Shown here: piece by piece, positions 28,500 through 42,216 of the stretch | Position numbering within the stretch: the stretch's first letter is position 1 | Layout of the letters: each line of letters begins with the position of its first letter | DNA from: Geosiphon pyriformis uo1 | Taxonomy: Eukaryota; Fungi; Glomeromycota | DNA length: 64,000 nucleotides | Direction of reading: 5' to 3' | NCBI GenBank assembly: GCA_016748015.1 | Contig: JAAOMT010000664.1 | Span: 442,715 to 506,714 of the forward strand | Notes under the pieces: model-generated | Told to the model about the DNA's origin: nothing | The model's database searches: none | What the model saw: the letters and a program-made list of their open reading frames with translations, nothing else | Position numbers and translations under genes: made by a program

Positions 28500-30960
28500 T
28501 TTACTTTTTACTTTACAAAAAAGAGCATTTTTGAAATGATTATAAGAAAAAAGTAAGACAGAATTTTACACAAAAAAAACTGGACAATTTAAAAAATATA
28601 TATATTAATTAAGTTTCGTTATTTTGAAGTTATGTTGAAGTTTTACTTAAGAGATTTAGTGAAATAATAGATACAAACAACATAAGTGCATTTGGTTTGT
28701 TTATTTGTTTTAGAAAAATAAAAAATCTTAGCAAATATGAAAAAAAATTGTCAAAAAAATATATAATAGTCATTTTAATAAATTTAATCATTATTTTCAA
28801 CATTGGTATTTTAGTTGTTATTCTTTTACAGAATTTTAATTTTACAATTTTAATTAAACAAGATAATAAATGAGATATAATGTTTTTGTTATTATTTTAT
28901 AGTAGATTATTCAAGAAAAACATAACATAACCAAAAAATCTTAAAAAAATCGAATTTTAAAACCAGTTGTAATTTAAATTTAAAAAAATATTTAAAATCT
29001 ATTAGTTCTAAACTTTGTAGTATCAGTATTTCAAAGTTTTAAACTTAACTGTATCAATAAATCTGTTATTAATACTACTAATTATTAAAGCTTATTTATT
29101 ACTTATATTTTATTTTTAATATATTATTATTTATAGAAAAAAAAACACAAAAATAATAAAATAAATAGCCAATAGCAAAATAGAAGATTATCAAAATACA
29201 TAATATCAGAAATTCCAAAAATTGCAAAAATACTGGCAAAAATGCCAAAAATTTCAAAAATGTTAAAAATTTCAGCAATAACTTAAAGAAATTGTAAGAA
29301 TTTTAGAAATTTTATATTATAAAAATTTATATATATATAACAAAAATAATAAAAGTCAAAAAATATTAATTAATTATTTAAGTAAGACAATAAACAAGCT
29401 TACTTTAAAATTAGTTTAATTACTTTTACTGTTATCAACAACTATAAATTAATTAAATTATTTAATAAAATTTTTTATCTTATTTATTAATTAATAAATC
29501 TAAGATCTTCATATTAAAACTTATATTATTATAATATTAATATTATTAATATTATTACTAAAGGTTTTTGGTTTCTTATTTTAAATGTTATAATTGTCAT
29601 TTTGCTGTAAATTCTTATTTATTAAAAGTTGTTAAATCTTTAATAATTGAATTTATCTTTAAATTATTTTTTATAATTTGAATAACTGAACTTATAAATA
29701 CTTTAAAATTAGTTTAGTCTTTTATTATTATTTTAATTAAGCTATAACTAATTTAATAAACATATTTATTAAAATTTTATTTAAAACTATTAAAATTTCA
29801 ACATTGTTTATATTGATATTATTAGTATTAATTATATTAATTTAATAATATTAAAACAATAATTTTTAATTATGGTTATTAACAAAATATTAATTTTTAT
29901 TTTTTTTTGTTTTACTAATTAATTAAAAAAAAAGCACTAAGATTATAATATCAAAAATTGCTTAATAAAAAATATTAAAAAAAAACATTATTATAGATAA
30001 ACTTAGTAAAATATAATCATAATGTTTAATATTTATGATTTAATATCAAAAACAGTATAAGAAATAAATAAATTGGCTTTAGTTGTATTGTAAATTATCA
30101 GTTTTTAAAAAAATTTTTGTTTGAAGTTTTACTTATTGAGTTTTTTTATTATAAAACACAAAGATATTGTTTCTTTAATTGTATTGTTATAATTGTATTT
30201 TTTTGAGCTAATAAATACAATTATTATGATTTAATATTGTCTTTTTACTCTTTTGATAAACTAATAAGATAAAATTAATATTTAAACTTAAAAAAAGCTT
30301 CTTTTTTTTATTAGACTATTACAAAATTTATTCTCAGATAGTTAATTTTTAATGTTGTTACTTTACAAAAAAAAAGAAAAAAATAAAATAAATAAAATAA
30401 AATAAAATAAAAAACAAAAAAAAAAAATTTAATATTTTATTAATTACTGTGATCAAAAGCAATTAATTTAAGTTATTAAGATTTTAAAAATATTTATGTT
30501 AAAAGTATTTGACTTAAAACAAAAATAAGAAAAAATGGTTAATCAAATTTTAACAATTTAGAGAATTTGGTTTATTAATTTGTAAATTAGACAATAAGAT
30601 TTTATTTAGTAAATTTGAAATATAAAAAATAAAGAAATAAAGAAATTTTTAAAACTAAAGGCAAAATAAAAATAGTTATTAGATTTTTGTATTGTATTTT
30701 TTGTATTTTTTATTTGTTAAGACTATTTATTTTTATATATATTTTTTAGTTTTATAAAATTGTTTTTAATTGCTTATTATTATTAATTATTACTTGTTAT
30801 TTTAACTATTGTTTTATTTTTTTATATTATAATTAGTTATTTATGTTCTTATTAGTTATTTTGTGCTATTTTATATTATTGTATATTATTGTATATTATT
30901 TTGTATTCTTTTATATTATTCTGTAATATCTTGTGTTATCTTATATTATCATGTTTTTTT
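28500..30960. other. Extremely AT-rich decayed DNA, probably ancient hypermutated repeats
   Basis: Very few G/C and essentially no CpG. Faint LTR-like relic at ~29160-29340 (AGCCAAT, aaattcc/aaattgc repeats, TATATATA). Confidence 0.55.
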
Positions 30961-30962
30961 CA

Positions 30963-32504
30963 TTTTTTTTTTATTAAATTTAACAAGTATAATCCAACTA
31001 CTATCTAGTATTTTAGAACAAATTAAATATTCTAAACTAAGTATAATTCATGTGCTTTTTACATGTAATCAGTTACTCAAACCAGTTCAAATTATACTAA
31101 GTTGATACAACAGAAGAAAACTTACTTAAAGATAATATCTTTTGAATAATATTAAATAAAGTAATATTACAAGAGACCAATTTAACCAGTTATTTAGCTG
31201 TTTTTAAAAAATTAGTTTTAACACTAACAGGCTCATATGTTCAAAAGAGCATCAAATTAGAAAACACATTATTATCTACTTTAATTAAATGTTTTAAATC
31301 ACCAGACATATTAATATAATTTATATAACACTTTTTTTTTAAAAAAACCACTTTTTTTTTAACTTATTAACAACTTTGCTAAAAAAAATCTAGATGAATC
31401 ATAAGCTCAATAACCTTTAAATTAAAAACACTGCTTGAGATAAAATTACTCTTAATAAAGTATTTAAATACAATAACCAATACATCAACAGATTTAATAA
31501 TTAATCCAATTAAAATTAATAATTTAACCAAATCAGATTTCAGAAACACTAACCAAAAAGAAAACAAAGAATTACAAATAGCTACAAAAAGAGAAGCAAA
31601 ACCTGTCAAAGGAAAAAACTCAGAAGAATCAGAATGAGCAGAAACTTTAACATAAGAAGTATTATTCACAAAACATGAATTAAACATCTTGGGAGCCATA
31701 AAAAGAGAAAGCAAAAAAACTGTACAGTTTGCAGCCAAATAGTTCATTTCTTGACATCTAAAACAGTGCTAATAACCAGAAATTTTCTATCAAATACAGC
31801 ATTTTCTTAGTGTACTAGTCTTAATAACTACAGAATTAAATCAACTTAAGAGCCAAATGTAATTAGAACAAACTGAAAATAATAATTAGAATTAGGTAAA
31901 CAAGAAATAAAACAAGTCTGATTACCAACTTGAAAAACTATATCACTAATTTCAAAAGCAGTACAACCAAAAAAAAGATTAACCAACTTGGCCCTAAATT
32001 TATTACAAGACAAAATAGTCTTTTTTTAATTCACAAAAAAAAAAATCTGAATGCTATCTTTGTTTACCAACACTAATCAGTGGTTGAGAGCCAATACAGC
32101 AGTATTTAATCCATTAAAATAAACAACTACATATTGCCAAACACTAACAGACTTTAATACAACACAAAAAACTTTACTAAAAACACTAAAAACTAATTTA
32201 ATATTGGCAGCAGATACACCTAAAAATACATTATGTAGTACAATAGCAGCAAGAGAAGAACTAGACTCAAAAACTATCAAAAACTTAGTAATTTTAAGAA
32301 TGACAAAACAAACAGAGCTTGTAAGCTTAACCAAAAATATAGTATTCAAAGAATTTTAGGAAGCAAATTCCATATATAAAAAAACTTCATATTGTCTTTT
32401 AACACTGACTTTGCATCTAAAAAACCATGTACAGACCAAAAAACAGCTCTAACATAAGCCAATTTGATTTTGAAAATATTATTAGATATTAAAGTAGAGA
32501 CCAC
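30963..32504 (-). mobile_element. ORF1-only non-LTR element copy 2, 3' part (ORF1 C-half, 3' UTR, poly-A)
   Basis: ORFs 32077-32349 (...VWQYVVVYFNGLNTAVLALNH) and 31379-31747 match copy 1. 3' UTR TTGAACTGGTTTGAGTAACTG...ATACTTGTTAAAT plus A-run matches 11935-12076. Confidence 0.75.
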
Positions 32505-33345
32505 TATTACAGATAATTATTTGGGGTTTTAAATCAAATAACAAATCTGTAACTTAGTGCTAATTTGCTTTGATGATGTTGGTAATATCCATAAGTTGTT
32601 TTTATCTGAAGGTTTTGGTTGAATTCTTTGTATAATAGATAGAGATTCAATAGTTGTTTTGTCAGTAATCTCTCAGAATTGCAATTTCATCAAATTTTTT
32701 TTAATGTAATAACCAGTAATCCTCCTGGTAAGCTATCCTCAATTGAGTGTTCTACCCTTATTTTCAGGTCTTTTACCAGTCACTTTGACATCAATAACTT
32801 TGCACATTGATTCTTTAATCAGTTAGTAATGACAACAAAATAAAAGAAAATAAAAAAAATAAAAAAATAAAGCAATTTAAGCCAAGGTGAGTAACTTAAT
32901 ATCTTGTCAATAACCATGATTAAGAGCTATTGTTCCAGTATGGTCAAGTATGGATTACTATTAACATAAAGTATTGATAGTAGTGAATAGATTGAGATAG
33001 TAAATAGTTATTTATTGATATTTGTAATTTGGAAGATTGCTTAGATGAAATCTAAATTGCAAGATCTGTTTTTTCTATTTCTAATGCTACTGCTATATAT
33101 ACATAATCGAGATTCTTCAATTCCTCAATTCTTTACTTCAGAAATTCTGAAATTTTTGGAATCTTGCAATTTTTTTAAGAAGAATTCTGGAATTCTGCAA
33201 TTCTGCAATTCTTTGTACAAGAATTTTGAAATTCTTAGAATCCTACAATTTCTTTAAGAGGAATCTTGAAATTCCACATTTATTATGGTTATTTCTAATT
33301 GGCTAATTTATATGCTAATATATTTTTTATATTCTAAGAGTAATA
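32505..33345 (-). repeat. 3' LTR of copy C
   Basis: Mutated termini TATTAC...GAGTAATA. Similar to 62107-62823. Followed on the right by PPT and ORF3 tail. Confidence 0.88.
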
Positions 33346-33582
33346 TTATTTTCTTCTTTTTAATATTAAGCTTTGTTAAGATCTCCTAATTCTAATTCTC
33401 TGTTTTTAAGTATTTTTTGAACTTCTTTTTCAAGAATTACTTGTGTTATCTTGTTCTGTACTTCTTCAAATTAGGCATTAGTTATTTTTCTCATTTGGTT
33501 AATAGTAATAGAGTCTATTGTTGGACTGAATAAGATTTTTGGTCAGTCTTAAAATCTAACTTGTAATCAATAGATGACTTGT

Positions 33583-34435
33583 TATTACTCATAAAATATA
33601 GGAAGTATATTAGCATATAAATTAGCCAATCAAAAGTAGCTGAAGTAAATATAGAATTCCAGGATTTTTCTCAAGAGAAATTGCAGGATTCCAGGAATTT
33701 CAGAATTTTTATACAAAGAATTGCAAGATTCCAGAATTCCAGGATTTTTTTTAAAAGGAATTGCAGAATTCCAGAAATTTCAGGATTCCTGGTATGAAAA
33801 ATTGAGGAATTAAGGAATCTCAATTATGTATATATAGCAATAGCATTAGAAGTAAAAAAAAAAACAGATCTCTCAGTTTAGATTTGATCTAAGCAACATT
33901 CTACATCACAAATATCAATAAATAATTATTTATTATCTCAATCCACCTTCTACTATTAACATGAAGTGTTGATAGTAATTCATACTTAACCACATGGGAA
34001 CAATAGCTCTTGATCATGGCTATTAACAGAATACTAACTTGAAAAATCACTTTGGCTTATTTCTTAATTTTCTTTGTTTCTTTTATTTTCTTTGTTATTT
34101 CTTTTTTTGATTACTAAATTGATTAGGGATTAAGTGCTAAATTATTGACGTCAAGGATTGTCTGGTAAAAGACTCCTGCAAGTAGATAGAGCATGTAAAA
34201 AAATTATGAATTACTTACTAGAGGATTGCCAGCCACCAAGCCAAGAAAAAAATTGACAGAATTGTGATTCCAAAAGGCTACTAAAACAATTATTGAATTT
34301 CTGTCCATTATACAAAGAACTCAACCAAAACCTTCAGATACAAACAACTTTTAACAATTAACATCATTATATTAATTGAGCACCAAATTACAGATTTGTT
34401 ATTTGCTTTGAGATCCCAAATAATTATCTATAACA
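33583..34435 (+). repeat. 5' LTR of copy D
   Basis: TATTACTCAT...CTATAACA then TTTGGTGCTCCCTGTGAG. Matches 42901-43030 plus 53386-54105. Confidence 0.9.
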
Positions 34436-34497
34436 TTTGGTGCTCCCTGTGAGATATAATCCTACAGAGAACCAGTACCAACTACACCTATCCAAAA

Positions 34498-37400
34498 GTG
34501 GCAGAATCAGAAAGAATAGGAGCAAACCATTTAGGATTCACAAAATCCTTATTTCAATACTACTGTCAACATTTGGGGTTAAACCACAATCACATATTAG
34601 TGGAATCAGCCTTCAATTTCTATGTTAATGAGAGAATTGCCTATCTGTTAGGAACACTAGTAAATACCAAGTCAGCAAGAGAAACTTTTTACAATGAATT
34701 AATTCAAAACACTAGCCTATCAACAAACCACAATTTTGCATCCATTATTACAAAAATCAATAAAGAAATTAAATATCACACCCAACAAAGATATCCAATT
34801 ACATATGCCAATAAAAGAAAAAAAAAATTGCAAACACCAGCAGTAACACCCAAAAAGATACAACCACCCACTTGAAAGAAAACCAGAGTTGAATTACCAA
34901 TCAATCTATTATATTATTATATATCAAGAAATGCCATCAATATCTCCTTAGTAAACACATCTATATTAAATATAACATTAATCTTTGGACAATTTTCATT
35001 CCAAAGTAAACAAAGAAGAGCAGAATTGTTAAAACCATATGGCAAATATTTTGAAGGATTTAAATTGTGATTACCAATGTCATTAGGATATTGATCACCA
35101 CCACCACAACCCAATTTCAGAATTTCTGATCTGTAAAAAGTAATAGCATCAGACAAAAAAGAAGAAAATCAGAAATTTACTTACCAAAACCTGATCCCAA
35201 AAAACCCAGAAGTTGAAACCCCAAATGTTCAAATTCTACAAAATCCAAATTTAAAACATCCAGAAATCGGAACTCCAAATATTCAAACACTGCCAAATCA
35301 GAACAATCAAAACTCTGATTTAATTAATTAACAACATATATCTTCAGAAATTGTAATTAATCAACCAGTTGAACTAATTGGCCAGCCATTACAACAACTG
35401 GATCAACAAATCCAACTATTACCAGTATCATTCCAACAACCCCAACCACTGTTTTAACAGCCACAACAATCTCAACTATCACCACAACAACCATTAAACT
35501 TGAATCTAATAGTCTATGTTTCAATCACCAAATTCAAGAAATTTACTGGCAAAGGGAACAATGCCCAAGCATAGATCAATAATGTGACAAAAGCCATTAC
35601 CACTAATAATTGGGATGACATCAAAGCACTTCAAGTGATCTCATACTTCTTACAAAACACTACCAATTTCTGGTATTAAAGCTTAATCAACAAACTGATC
35701 ACCTTTGACGCATTCAAAACAGAGTTTTTGAGATACTTTAACAACAATAATAGTATTAATCACCTGGTCAACACTTTTACCACCATAAAACAAGAGGAAA
35801 CTGAAACAGTCACTACATATCTAGGATGCTTCCATAGAAACCTGTGTTAAATTCAGGCAATTCAAGCTGACTATTTTACAGCATTACAGATTCTAAATCA
35901 ATTTATTAGAGGTTTGCACAATAGCATTCTCCAATGTGTACATCTATTATACTCAGCAAACCTTCAAGCTGCAGTTACCAATGTCAGAGATTTTGAAGCA
36001 GCAGAATTAGAAGCCAACTATGCTCAAGCTGTTAATCTAGTAATGAATAGATTATCTAAATTGGATTCCAAATTGAAACAATTCAGTAATTCAATCAATC
36101 AGAAATTAAAGGGATACTTAGCTGACAATCATGTAATTTATCAGTCACCATAATAATACAATAATGTAAGAAACACAAATTGTTTCCAAAATCAGTCGCA
36201 TCCACTATCATCATCCAATCAGCCATGGCAGTTTAAGACATGTGTCTGTCACAACTGTGGTAAACAAGGCCATATTTAAGTTAACTGCCATTTGTATAGT
36301 AACTTACAATCAGAAAATCAATACAAAAACCCTGATTGCAGATTTCAGATCCCAAATTATCATTCAAATTAAGACCAATATCAACCCACTTATCTGCCAA
36401 TGACACAGCAGCTAATTTATCAACTACCAGTATACGCACCTCCAATCTATCAACCACAAACATCAGCAATTTACCAACCACAGCCTTAAGCAATCTATCA
36501 ACTGCAGCCCCCAGTAATTTATCAACTTCAACCAATTCAAACACTATTTCAAAACCCAGCTCAAATAATATCAGGCAACCCAAGATCCAAAATCACTCAA
36601 AACTGGAAATCAGCAATGGTTGTTCACCAACCAATTTCCAGCTTTTCACAACATCCAACAGAATTATGGTTGCAGAATTTGAGAACTGGGCCCACCCAAA
36701 ATTCGAATTTCCAATACTATTTAAGTTTTCTGGTTATCCCAAAAGATGCCCAATTACACAACCCAGAATTCAATCAACAATTCATACTTACCAACAACAT
36801 TTCACCAGCAATCATCATAGAAGATAAGTTACTCACCACTATATTTCCCTTTGAAATCAATAAATCTTCAGAAGTTTCATTGTTTAGTGGAGCTACTCTC
36901 GAAGAAAGACCTATAACCGCAATGTATACTAATGCCAAAGTTGATGGTCAGTTCATCAAACTAATCCTAGATAGTGAATCAGCTGGCAGTATTATTATCA
37001 AGCAACTTATAGATTAATTAGGTCACCAAGTTGACCATGTTATCAGTATCAAAATTATTTTAGCTGATAAAGTGACAAAAACTCCTATTAGTGAAATAGA
37101 CAATTTCCCTATTGAAGTCAATAGCATCACAGTACCAATCAAAGTTCTGGTTATGAAAGCTACTCAATACCAAGCCCTTGTTGGTAATAACTAGCTGTCT
37201 AAAACAAATGCGATGCTTGACTGGACAACACAAGAGTTGCAAATCAGTCAGAATGATCAATACATGTAAGTACCAATGATATGCAGCCATTTCAGACCCA
37301 GCACTATGATGTGACCACTCATTAACTTCAAGAAAGAAAAAAAAAACTCATTTGGGAAGCCTATCAAGTGTTATGGGCCAAAGACAACTACAACAAACTA

Positions 37401-40400
37401 CTGTCCATACTATTCTGAGATGACAATGGCAAAGGAAAACAAAAGGAGACAGAACTTACTTGGAATGCAGACCAATTCTGAAAAATTGACCATGATTTAG
37501 AAGAACCACCAACTTGAAAATGAGATAAGAAGAAGAAAGAAAAAAAAAAAGCAAAGGAAGAAGAGCCACTACCAACTGCCATTTATACTTCTTATATATA
37601 TATATCACCACAACTATCTACCTATCATCAACCAAAGCTCATATGTGTCAATTGTGGCAAAAAATTGTTATCAATAGATGTATGCTGTGGTAACAATGAG
37701 GAATACCAAATGGCAACCAAGTTTTACTGTCATCTATGTATTATAGAATGCTTTGGAAGACCAAAACAAATAGAAAAATGGGATAATGAATCCTGCTTGG
37801 CTTGTGGAGAAACTCTTTTAGATGAAGAAATATGGAATGACATTCCTAGACAAGAAGAAACATGCAACAAATCATGTCAGTATACGATTCTTATAAGTAA
37901 CTAGATAAAAAAAGGAACACTCATAAATACTGCCTGGAGATGAGCAGTCAAACATCTGGATAGATGTCCACACAACAATGACAAAATCTGGTAAATAGCA
38001 CTTGCCAAAATCGAAGGAATGTCACCAGAAGAAATAAGAATAATTAAAAATAATCCACCTGAACCTATAGAACTTGACTGGGACCCAGAACCAGTTATAA
38101 ATCTCTTGAACCCAGAACAATTTCATGAACACTACCAAGAGCTAGCACTTACAAGAGAAGAACAGAAGCAATGCTTAAAAGAAATCAACACTCAATTATA
38201 TAACCACTGTTTGATTTCATGTAACTTTCAATATTGTAATGAGTGTGACTTTATTTACAATCTACCACCATGCATGATCTACATGATCTCAGAAGAAAAA
38301 AAACCAATCAACAGCTGCATATTGAAATCAGAATCAACTTTCAATTCTGATTTAAACTCCAACAATGATGACAACAAAAATAGCAGTTCCAGCTCTGTTT
38401 AGTATGACAATGGAAATAACAATAATTCAGACTCTAATTCAAATTCAGAAACATATATTGCACTCCTTAACCTCACCAAGAAGCAGGAATTAAAATGGTT
38501 CAGTGATAATAATGAAGATATTATGCCAGAATGTGTACATGATACTGATACAGAATTTGATCTGAGGTATTCAGGAAAAGATGCCATTAAATTGGAACCA
38601 CATTCATGCATATGCATTGATCTTAAAATAGCACTGGAAATTCCAATAACCACTATGATTTAACTAGCATCTTGGAGTAATTTAGCAAAAAGGGGAATCA
38701 ACATCAGAGGAAAAATAATTGATGCAAAATATATAAGAAATATTATTGCAATGCTACAAAATGATTCAGAAAAGACCTATATCATAGAGCCAAATGAAAA
38801 AATAACACAAGCAATATTCCTATCTTTGGTAAAAGTAGTTCAGCTAGTGTTAGTGGGAAATAGAAAAAAACTAGGGATAACAGCAAAAGAGATATAGGGA
38901 TTTGGATCAACATGTAGAATAGATATATCAGTTAATATGGCAGAGAAAAAAATTGTTAACAAAGGAGAAATTATCTCAATTCATCAATCAATTTTCATTC
39001 TACTATATGACTAGTACATGTACACTATAGATAGAAAAGTGAAAAATCAAGTACAAATTTTTGAAGCCAAACCAACCATTTGTGAATCAAGAAAAATTGG
39101 ACTTGTTAATCTTCACATACCAGCCAAAAACCATAATTACATCAAAATTCCCATTTACAACAACACAGGAAATATTGTAGAAATACCAGAAGGAATCATC
39201 ATTGGATATCTAAGCACAAAAGTAAAAGACCAACCACCAAACTCTATTCCAGACTTTTTACAGCTTTGTGAATATATTGACATTACATCACAAACAATCT
39301 ATAAACAAAATGAATGTTATTTGCTTTAACCAGAACAATTAGAACAAATAAACATGAGAAATTTAGATCCACTTCAACAGATGCAACTCAAGATGTTACT
39401 CAGCAACTTCAGTGACATTTTTACTAGCAAAAATGAATTTGGCAGAACTGATATCATCCAGCATTAGATTAAGATTAGAGATATAATGTTAATTAAACAA
39501 AAAGCATATAGAGTACTACCAGCCAGCCATGAAATCATTTGCCAAGAAATCAATCAGATATTAGACAATAGGCTAATTCAGCCATCAATGAGCCCATAGT
39601 CATCACCAGTAGTACTTGTCTGTAAAAAGAATAGAAAGATCTGCTTTTGTGTAGATTATAGAAAACTTAACAAAGTTACTCATGGAAACAGCTATCTAAC
39701 TCCAAGGATACAAGAGCTATTCAATGCTTTTGAAGAGAATAAATGGTTTTTAACATTAGATCTAGACAGTAAATACTGGCAAGTAGCCATGAGTCCAGCA
39801 GATAAAAAGAAAATGGCATTTACTACAAGAGAAGAAAATTTCGAATTTGAAATTATATCATTTGGTTTAATGAATACACCAGCCACCTTTTAATGGCTGA
39901 TGGAAATTGTTTATACTGATTTACTATGGAAATCTGTAGTTGTATATTTGGATGACACCAATGTATTTTCAAAAACATTTGATGATTATCTCCATCATCT
40001 ACAGCAAATGTTTGAAAGATTAAAAAAAGCAGGACTGAAGCTAAATGCTACCAAATGCTTCTTTGGCAAGACAGAACTGAAATTCTTAAAACATGTCATG
40101 AGCAAAGACATCATCAAAACAGATCCAAAAAAAATAGAAATACTCAAAAGCTTTCCAGTATCAACCAACTTGACTGAATTGAAATCATTCTTGGAATTTG
40201 CAGGCTATTATCACCACTTCATCAAAGATTTTTCTAAAATAGCTCAGCTGCTTAACCATCTCCAAACCAAGAATGTGAAATATGAATGGACAGAAACTCA
40301 ACAAGAAGCTTTCAACATTTTAAAAAGAAAGCTTATTCAAGCTTTAGTATTGATTTATTCAGATCATAGTAAATCATTCATCATTACTACCAATACATTA

Positions 40401-40748
40401 GGTTAAGCATTGGGAGCAGTACTATTACAGAAAAGACTAAATAAAAGAGAACATCCAATGGCATATACCAGCTAAGATTTAACTTCAGCCAAGAAGAATT
40501 ATGGAACACCAGTATTAGAACACTTAGCAATCTATTGGGCAGTTATAAAATGGAAGGAATACTTGAGTCAGAAATTTGAGATATATACTGATCACAAGAG
40601 ATTGACTTCAATTCAGAAACAAAAATTTGAAGATGATTAACATGCAAAATAGAAAATAGCACTATCACTATTCAATTACACAGTACATTATAAAAAGAGA
40701 AAAAACAATAGAAATGCCAATGGGTTGTCACGAATAAAACAAATTTGA
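34498..40748 (+). pseudogene. Copy D Gag-PR-Cys-rich-dUTPase-RT-RNaseH polyprotein
   Basis: GTG start MAESERIGANH. LILDSESAGSII, CLAC/CNEC motifs, EFDLRY, VVVYLDDTNVF (39900-40406). TGA after ...SRIKQI at 40746-40748. Confidence 0.92.
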
Positions 40749-40809
40749 ACATTTTGAAACAAAAATACAACAAAATCCAAACATTTGAACACAAAAATAT
40801 AACAAAAAG

Positions 40810-42186
40810 ATGAACACACAAAAATATCAACAATTTCAACACTATATAAATACCTAACAGTTCAAGAAGAAATTATCTCAAAATGAACAAAACAGCATTA
40901 AACAACAATTAAAATATTTTATCACTCACCAAAATATACTTTATTGGAAAAACAGAAAAGATCTAAATCAACCAACCAGAGTAATTACAGAGTTAAAAAA
41001 AGAAACAATATTGTTTAATATGTATTCAGATCCAATAGCAGAACATTTTCATAAAGAAGCAATCATAAAAAGAACCAGAAAAAGATACTATTGGCCATTA
41101 ATGTATCCAGACATCATCTAATATATTCAAAATTGTGATGCTTGTCAGAAAAGAGGAGGAACAAAACCCAGTAAACCAATGAGACCAATCAAAGTAGGAC
41201 AACTATTTGATTACATTAGAATTGACTTAGTTGGATCATTAACAATCACCAGTAGAGGCAACAGATATATTGCAGTAGCCATGGATTATCTTACAAAATA
41301 GCCAGAAGCAAAAGCCATTCAAAAAGCAGATGCAGAATCCATTGCCAAATTCGTTCATTAAGACTTAATCTGTTAACACAAATATCCAAAAAAATTATTA
41401 TTTGATCAAGGAACTCACTTTGTAAATAAAACATTAACAAAATTAAGCCAAAGATTTGGAATCAAAAGACCACTATTATTACTATACTATTTACAAACAA
41501 ATGGATTAGTCGAAAAATTCAATAGAATATTGTGTGAAGCAATTGCCAAAATCAGCCAAGAAAATCAAGATGAATGAAATTTGTTCATATCATCAATATT
41601 ATTTGTTTATTGAACAATAAAACAAGACACTACACAAGTAATGTCATTTAAGCTAGTATATGGTAAAACAGCAATATTACTAGTTGAGATAGAAGTCAAA
41701 ACATATCCAACAGAACCAATAACAAAAGAAAATTTCCAAAGAACATTGTTAAAAAAAACATTTGACTTAATAAAAACACTAGAAAACAAATGGCAAAAAA
41801 CAGCTGATAACTTCCAAAAGTCACAAGAAAAACAAAAAAAAAGACATAATAACCAATTACCAGATAAACCAGTTGAATTTAAGATTGGAGACAAAGTACT
41901 TTTACATCGTACCAAAGTGAAAAAACAATAGAATGAAAAATTTGACCTCAAATAGAACAGACCATTTCACATAGAAAAAATTCTTGGAAATAAAGCTTAT
42001 AAATTAAGATGAGACAACAAAATCTTAGTCAAAGCAGCATATGGTGATTGACTAAAACTATATTACCATATAGTGTTACCATCCACCAGTAATATTTCAC
42101 AATTAGAAGTACAGAGAATACTAGTCCAACCAAATGAGATTCCATAAGATTTGGAACCAATCATAATCATTGGACCAAAAACGTAA
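40810..42186 (+). pseudogene. Copy D integrase ORF
   Basis: ATG AAC ACA CAA (MNTQK), CDAC, IDLVG, DQGTHF, NGLVEKFN, 41641-41931 C-terminal piece. Confidence 0.88.
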
Positions 42187-42216
42187 AATTAAACAATAAA
42201 AAGAGTATATATAGAC

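Noticed and set aside
36336-36827. Ser/Thr/Asn-rich overlapping ORF in the Gag C-terminus (similar in A and E)
   Set aside because: Shadow frame of the YQPP/Q-rich Gag tail. It stays open because C>T creates stops mainly in the CAA-rich true frame. Gag and protease are already in one frame.
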